IMG/VR virus record: IMGVR_UViG_3300021400_000020
Location: 1 to 64,000 of that record
Strand: one strand, 5' to 3'
DNA length: 64,000 nt
DNA from: a virus
The translations under genes and the position numbers were made by a program. A model generated the notes under the pieces. That model saw nothing but the letters and a program-made list of their open reading frames with translations, searched no databases and was not told the origin of the DNA. Shown here in pieces: positions 60,114-64,000 of this stretch; position 1 is the first letter of the stretch; each line of letters opens with the position of its first letter.

Positions 60114-60755
60114 ATGAATAACGAAAAAGCCCTGCTCTACCTCTTTGTCTCAGCCGACGAACACCGACCTTCCATCACGGCACCATTCCTTCAGCATGGC
60201 AAGGTATGTGCCACAGACGGACGTAATCTCATCCGCATCAATGCAGCACTATGCGAAAATACATATCCCGAAACCGTCAACGACCGCACACCTCCTAATA
60301 CGGAAACAGTGATTCCTGCACCCACACGCAACGAAAAACTGACACAGAAAATGCTATCGGACGCATTTGCAAAAGCACCGGAAAAAGAAAAAGACCGTAC
60401 CTGCCCTGAATGCGGAGGGAACGGAGAGGTATATTGGCATTACCACGATAGGGACGGTAAACATTATACTCATTGGTACGGTTGTCCCGTGTGCGAAGGA
60501 ACAGGAGACATTTCCGGCTACAAACCAATCACATGTCAGTTCACTATCAACGGCTGTTATCTGGCTTACGGACACATCAAACTCCTGTCAAACGTTATGA
60601 AATACCTTGAAGTGGACACACTGATACTTCGACACGCGGAAATGCTCGAACACAGAGTCACACCCATGCTATTGGGCGTTGAAGACAAAGACATTGAAAT
60701 AGTCATAATGCCCCTATGCCCTGGTGAAGACATCGAAGAAATCACCATTCTCTAA
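60114..60755 (+). CDS. Beta-clamp (DnaN)-like protein with inserted CxxCxGxG zinc finger, tentative
   Basis: 213 aa from ATG 60114. VCATDGRNLIRI compares with the DnaN ATDGHRL motif. Also FTINGCYLAYGHIKLL and a terminal IVIMPL. Insert is CPECGGNG...CPVCEGTG. Confidence 0.4.
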   Translation: MNNEKALLYLFVSADEHRPSITAPFLQHGKVCATDGRNLIRINAALCENTYPETVNDRTPPNTETVIPAPTRNEKLTQKMLSDAFAKAPEKEKDRTCPECGGNGEVYWHYHDRDGKHYTHWYGCPVCEGTGDISGYKPITCQFTINGCYLAYGHIKLLSNVMKYLEVDTLILRHAEMLEHRVTPMLLGVEDKDIEIVIMPLCPGEDIEEITIL

Positions 60756-60759
60756 CCCA

Positions 60760-60824
60760 CCACCGTTCCTGAAAGTTCTGCTTTCAGTCTTTCGTTTCTC
60801 CGTACCTCTCGGCTCAGCCGAGAG
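60760..60824 (+). repeat. Hairpin A (CTGAAAG variant) + box + hairpin C
   Basis: Hairpin A at 60760-60787 and hairpin C at 60806-60824. Confidence 0.9.
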
Positions 60825-60851
60825 CCTTCTCACCAACCCCATTAACCCCAT

Positions 60852-60861
60852 CCCCCCCCCC
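60852..60861 (+). repeat. Poly-C tract (C10), 3 nt upstream of ATG 60865
   Basis: Counted from the in-frame reading ...ATC CCC CCC CCC ATC ATG. Confidence 0.8.
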
Positions 60862-60864
60862 ATC

Positions 60865-61287
60865 ATGGAAATAGCAATCATCATCGCATTCGCTGTCGTC
60901 TTACTCCAAGCCATCGTTATCTTCGGACTTGGAAAGCGATACACCCAAGCAATCAAGCAAATCAAAGAGATGGAACTTGACCTTCAAGACCATATCACTG
61001 GCAGCGACAAGGACGCACGAACCATCACCGCCCTCAGACGTACCATCAATGAAATAAAGACATTCCCTAACGATTATCCTCCTATGGAGTGGACTCAAAA
61101 GGACGAATCTATATGTAATTCCATCCTCTCCGATTTGGATCAAGAACTTAAACAGGCAATAATAAAAGGGTACGACGCTGTTTGTAAAGAGAAATTGGAC
61201 TGGCTTCAGTCCATCAGAGAAAGGATTAGACTCCAAATGAATCTCTACACAGACATAAAGAATTCCCAAACCTCCAATCATCCGTAG
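60865..61287 (+). CDS. TM + coiled-coil protein (start moved to ATG 60865)
   Basis: 140 aa. MEIAIIIAFAVVLLQAIVIFGLG followed by helical sequence. Confidence 0.6.
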   Translation: MEIAIIIAFAVVLLQAIVIFGLGKRYTQAIKQIKEMELDLQDHITGSDKDARTITALRRTINEIKTFPNDYPPMEWTQKDESICNSILSDLDQELKQAIIKGYDAVCKEKLDWLQSIRERIRLQMNLYTDIKNSQTSNHP

Positions 61288-61305
61288 AAAAAACTCAATA
61301 GAACC

Positions 61306-61875
61306 ATGAAGAAAGCTTATTTCAGCAAGAGGTACGGACTTCGGCAAGCCGTTTTGAAAAGACGAAAGACCAAGACTCGGCGCATCATCAAAGGCGACTT
61401 CGAGAACGTGACCGCGTACCATGCAAATGGAGTTTGGCACTTTATCGCAGACACAAAGGATGGCGACTCAATCGAATTGAAACCAGCCTTTCAAATTGGC
61501 GAAGTGGTTGCCGTGGCGCAAAGCTATGCGAGTGCTATCAATCCTCTTGATTGGGCAAATAGATTGATATACAAAGACACACCTGGCTGGAACAATGCTT
61601 TATACACCCGTCCCGACCTCATGCCCCATTGCATCCGCATCACCGACATCAAATGTGAGCGCTTGCAGGACATCAGCGACGAGGATTGCATCAAGGAAGG
61701 ATTGCTTGTAGGCGAAACAGACCCAAAGATGTATGGTTTCAAGGTTGGGAAGCACGTTAATAGTTATATGTCTCCTCGCGAAGCCTACGCTGTCCTCATC
61801 GACCGCATCTGTGGCAAAGGCACATGGAACCGCAACCCTTGGGTATTCGCTTACGGTTTTGAACTCATAGAATAA
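61306..61875 (+). CDS. ASCH-domain-like protein
   Basis: 189 aa. ...KTKTRRI..., IGEVVAV, and CERLQDISDEDCIKEG pattern. Confidence 0.45.
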   Translation: MKKAYFSKRYGLRQAVLKRRKTKTRRIIKGDFENVTAYHANGVWHFIADTKDGDSIELKPAFQIGEVVAVAQSYASAINPLDWANRLIYKDTPGWNNALYTRPDLMPHCIRITDIKCERLQDISDEDCIKEGLLVGETDPKMYGFKVGKHVNSYMSPREAYAVLIDRICGKGTWNRNPWVFAYGFELIE

Positions 61876-61901
61876 TTCACCCCATTATCCCCGTCAACCC
61901 A

Positions 61902-62324
61902 ATGGAAAGAAGACTACTCCCTGTCTATTACGGATGGGCAAAACTTAACAAGATAGCCAAGCGTGAGGCTTTGACGGTCGTCTTTCTTAATGACTTCACA
62001 TCGCCACGCACCAACAAGGACGGCTACGATGGTGTGACACGATACATCGACGTGTGCGCCATGAGATACCAGACGGATGCAGAACGGGAGGATGCAAAGC
62101 TCTGCAACCGCATCTACACCGTCTATAGCATCTTCATGGATGACAAGCACATCCGTGGAAGTTTGGCAGCCGCCCTCCATGCCAACTTCATGGCTGACAA
62201 GAACAACGTCAGCGAGAAGGACAGAAAGGAAATCATGGAGAAGCTGAAGACTCACTACATAGCAACCCATCGAGGCTACAGAGAGCCAAGAGGCTACCAA
62301 CTAAGTATTGAATTTGAAGATTAA
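61902..62324 (+). CDS. Hypothetical protein
   Basis: 140 aa. Confidence 0.6.
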   Translation: MERRLLPVYYGWAKLNKIAKREALTVVFLNDFTSPRTNKDGYDGVTRYIDVCAMRYQTDAEREDAKLCNRIYTVYSIFMDDKHIRGSLAAALHANFMADKNNVSEKDRKEIMEKLKTHYIATHRGYREPRGYQLSIEFED

Positions 62325-62336
62325 AAAGATTTGACT

Positions 62337-62921
62337 ATGAAACTATACGAAGGAACTGCCCCATGCCCAGGATGCGGGCGAACGGGTGAAGAGGTGGCAC
62401 GTAGTAGTAAAGATTCGCTGTGCCATGACTGCATGAACGCATTGGAAATAGGCAAAGCTATCGTCAAGGAAAGGAACCTTGACCGTAACAATTACATAAT
62501 GGATGACCTCAGAATAGGACTATTAACGTGGTACACCATTCCTATTAGAAAAATTGAAAATGCTTTGACCGACTTACTCTCTACATTCTCTCAGTTCGAC
62601 AGCAAGCATGTAGTAACGAAAGACGGTTTTGATGGGAGCATTCTGGCAGGAAGGCTTGAAGCAGCTACAGCAAGAGATAGGTTTGTTTTGCCTGATATAA
62701 CTTTTGACGCTGCAAAACGGTTGTGTGAGTCTCTAAGAGAGGCTTGTTTGCAATTGAAGAATGACCGTGATAATTACAAAAATGAGCTCGACAAAAAACT
62801 GAACGAGGAACGTAATCGCATCTATAATGATGGTGTAGCACACGGTCGTAACCTTCTGATGCAATTAAATAGTGGCGAAATCGGTGTCAACGACTTCGAG
62901 AAGCCTGTCAAGAAATTCTGA
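62337..62921 (+). CDS. Hypothetical protein with N-terminal zinc ribbon
   Basis: 194 aa. CPGC...CHDC. Confidence 0.6.
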   Translation: MKLYEGTAPCPGCGRTGEEVARSSKDSLCHDCMNALEIGKAIVKERNLDRNNYIMDDLRIGLLTWYTIPIRKIENALTDLLSTFSQFDSKHVVTKDGFDGSILAGRLEAATARDRFVLPDITFDAAKRLCESLREACLQLKNDRDNYKNELDKKLNEERNRIYNDGVAHGRNLLMQLNSGEIGVNDFEKPVKKF

Positions 62922-62956
62922 ATTGCAAACTAAACAATGATTAAACAGATGTAATC

Positions 62957-63169
62957 ATGAACAAACGAATAGCAAGAAAGGTGCTGAACAGAGACAGTTT
63001 TCATTGGCAATGGTACAGGAGAGGTCCACTCATATCTCTTGCACCCATCCACTCTGAGCTGTACTTCAGAGCCTGCAAAAGACTCCACGAAAAGCCATAC
63101 TACGACAGAACGTGGTTGGCAAAAATCCAAAGATGGAGAAAAGAATCAAAGGTAACCATCAGACGTTAA
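62957..63169 (+). CDS. Hypothetical protein
   Basis: 70 aa, basic. Confidence 0.45.
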   Translation: MNKRIARKVLNRDSFHWQWYRRGPLISLAPIHSELYFRACKRLHEKPYYDRTWLAKIQRWRKESKVTIRR

Positions 63170-63223
63170 CCTCCTAAATTAAACAAAACAAAAACTTATT
63201 CAAGAACTGAAAGGAGGTAAAGA

Positions 63224-63484
63224 ATGAAAAAGATTATAATATTTGTACTTGCTGCCTTTATGATGGTGGCATGCGACTATAGAACAGAAGCTGAAATAGA
63301 AGAGGCAAAGCGTTTAAAAGGTTGTAACATTATTGTTATTGATAGTTGTGAGTATCTTAAAAATGATATGGCTAATGGTAATCAAGGATTCGGACATTTC
63401 GCCCACAAAGGCAACTGCCGTTTTTGCAAAGAACGCAGACAAAAAGAATTAGAATGGTTGATAATCAAATTAAAAGAAAAATAA
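63224..63484 (+). CDS. Small lipoprotein
   Basis: 86 aa. MKKIIIFVLAAFMMVAC lipobox. Strong SD AAGGAGGT at 63211-63218. Confidence 0.65.
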   Translation: MKKIIIFVLAAFMMVACDYRTEAEIEEAKRLKGCNIIVIDSCEYLKNDMANGNQGFGHFAHKGNCRFCKERRQKELEWLIIKLKEK

Positions 63485-63487
63485 GTT

Positions 63488-63694
63488 ATGCACATCTTTC
63501 ATAATCATTTTAAGTATAATGATAGTTGGATGTGGTGTGATTGGGTAAGACATCAGCCTTTATTCGGAATGCCACACCTTCACATTGCATGCACAAGATT
63601 TGACATGTATTTCATTTTTGAAATTATATGGGGAAAACTTCATTGGTATTGGACTACTGGGAATGTAAAATATAAAGCACGAAAAGAACACTAA
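63488..63694 (+). CDS. Hypothetical protein
   Basis: 68 aa, Trp-rich. Confidence 0.45.
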   Translation: MHIFHNHFKYNDSWMWCDWVRHQPLFGMPHLHIACTRFDMYFIFEIIWGKLHWYWTTGNVKYKARKEH

Positions 63695-63700
63695 TCAATC

Positions 63701-63856
63701 ATGAAACTAAAAGACGAAAACTCCCTTATTGATAAAATTGAATTTGCGGTTGCAGATTATTGCAGTGATTGTAATGATAACGACTTTAATATTATCTTGT
63801 CTGTATCAGCTTCAGATGGGTGGGTTAAAGTAAAAATAGAAAAAGAAAACAACTAA
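63701..63856 (+). CDS. Small hypothetical protein (below the ORF-track cutoff)
   Basis: 51 aa, MKLKDENSLIDKIEF..., translated by hand. Confidence 0.35.
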   Translation: MKLKDENSLIDKIEFAVADYCSDCNDNDFNIILSVSASDGWVKVKIEKENN

Positions 63857-64000
63857 CGATTATGAGAACAATAAAATTCAGAGGCAAAGATGTGACGATT
63901 ATAAAACTATCAAAACATAATCTCATTTAATTATAGAAAAAACGAAAAAATGGAACTATGAACGAATTTCCAATGACTTACGATGATGCACTGGCCGTGA

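Noticed and set aside
1-64000. Integrase / attP-based lysogeny module
   Set aside because: No tyrosine or serine recombinase or transposase motif was recognised in any ORF of the window. The unseen remainder of the replicon could still encode one.

Overview
The window reads as most of a tailed-phage-like replicon that also carries plasmid-type maintenance genes, so it is a candidate phage-plasmid. The host is probably a Bacteroidota member: TAnnTTTG -7 boxes sit 18-35 nt upstream of many start codons, and Shine-Dalgarno sequences are almost absent. Modules: (i) 85-3930: HU-like protein, ParA, a five-copy iteron array and a Rep-like initiator. (ii) 4301-7104 (-): terminase large subunit plus an upstream gene with a repeat tail. 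(iii) 7244-11801 (-): unknown genes, including an SSB-like protein. (iv) 11988-18685 (+): DnaB helicase and unknown genes. (v) about 16.9-35.5 kb: an accessory island. It has three ORF-free structured stretches: twin GNRA hairpins, a GC-rich core, and a ~630-nt structured region ending in a non-canonical tRNA-like cloverleaf. These are followed by a plasmid leading-region style anti-restriction set: PcfK/AcrIIA9-like, PcfJ-like, ArdC-like, DUF1281-like and a 1602-aa methyltransferase-helicase. (vi) 37680-50227 (-): a 2425-aa tape measure, a portal-like protein and other virion genes. (vii) 50551-54677 (+): two large unknown genes. (viii) An orphan C5-cytosine methyltransferase and about 15 small genes. 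The most unusual signal is non-coding. More than 30 co-oriented copies of a 7-8 bp stem / pentaloop hairpin family, a TTTCTCMGTA box and (AACCCCATY)n tracts running into start codons form a modular intergenic punctuation. This punctuation is absent from the accessory island and occurs in-frame inside two structural genes. All protein calls come from motif recognition by eye; no searches were run. Repeat coordinates were anchored on ORF-track frames where possible and may be off by 1-2 nt elsewhere.
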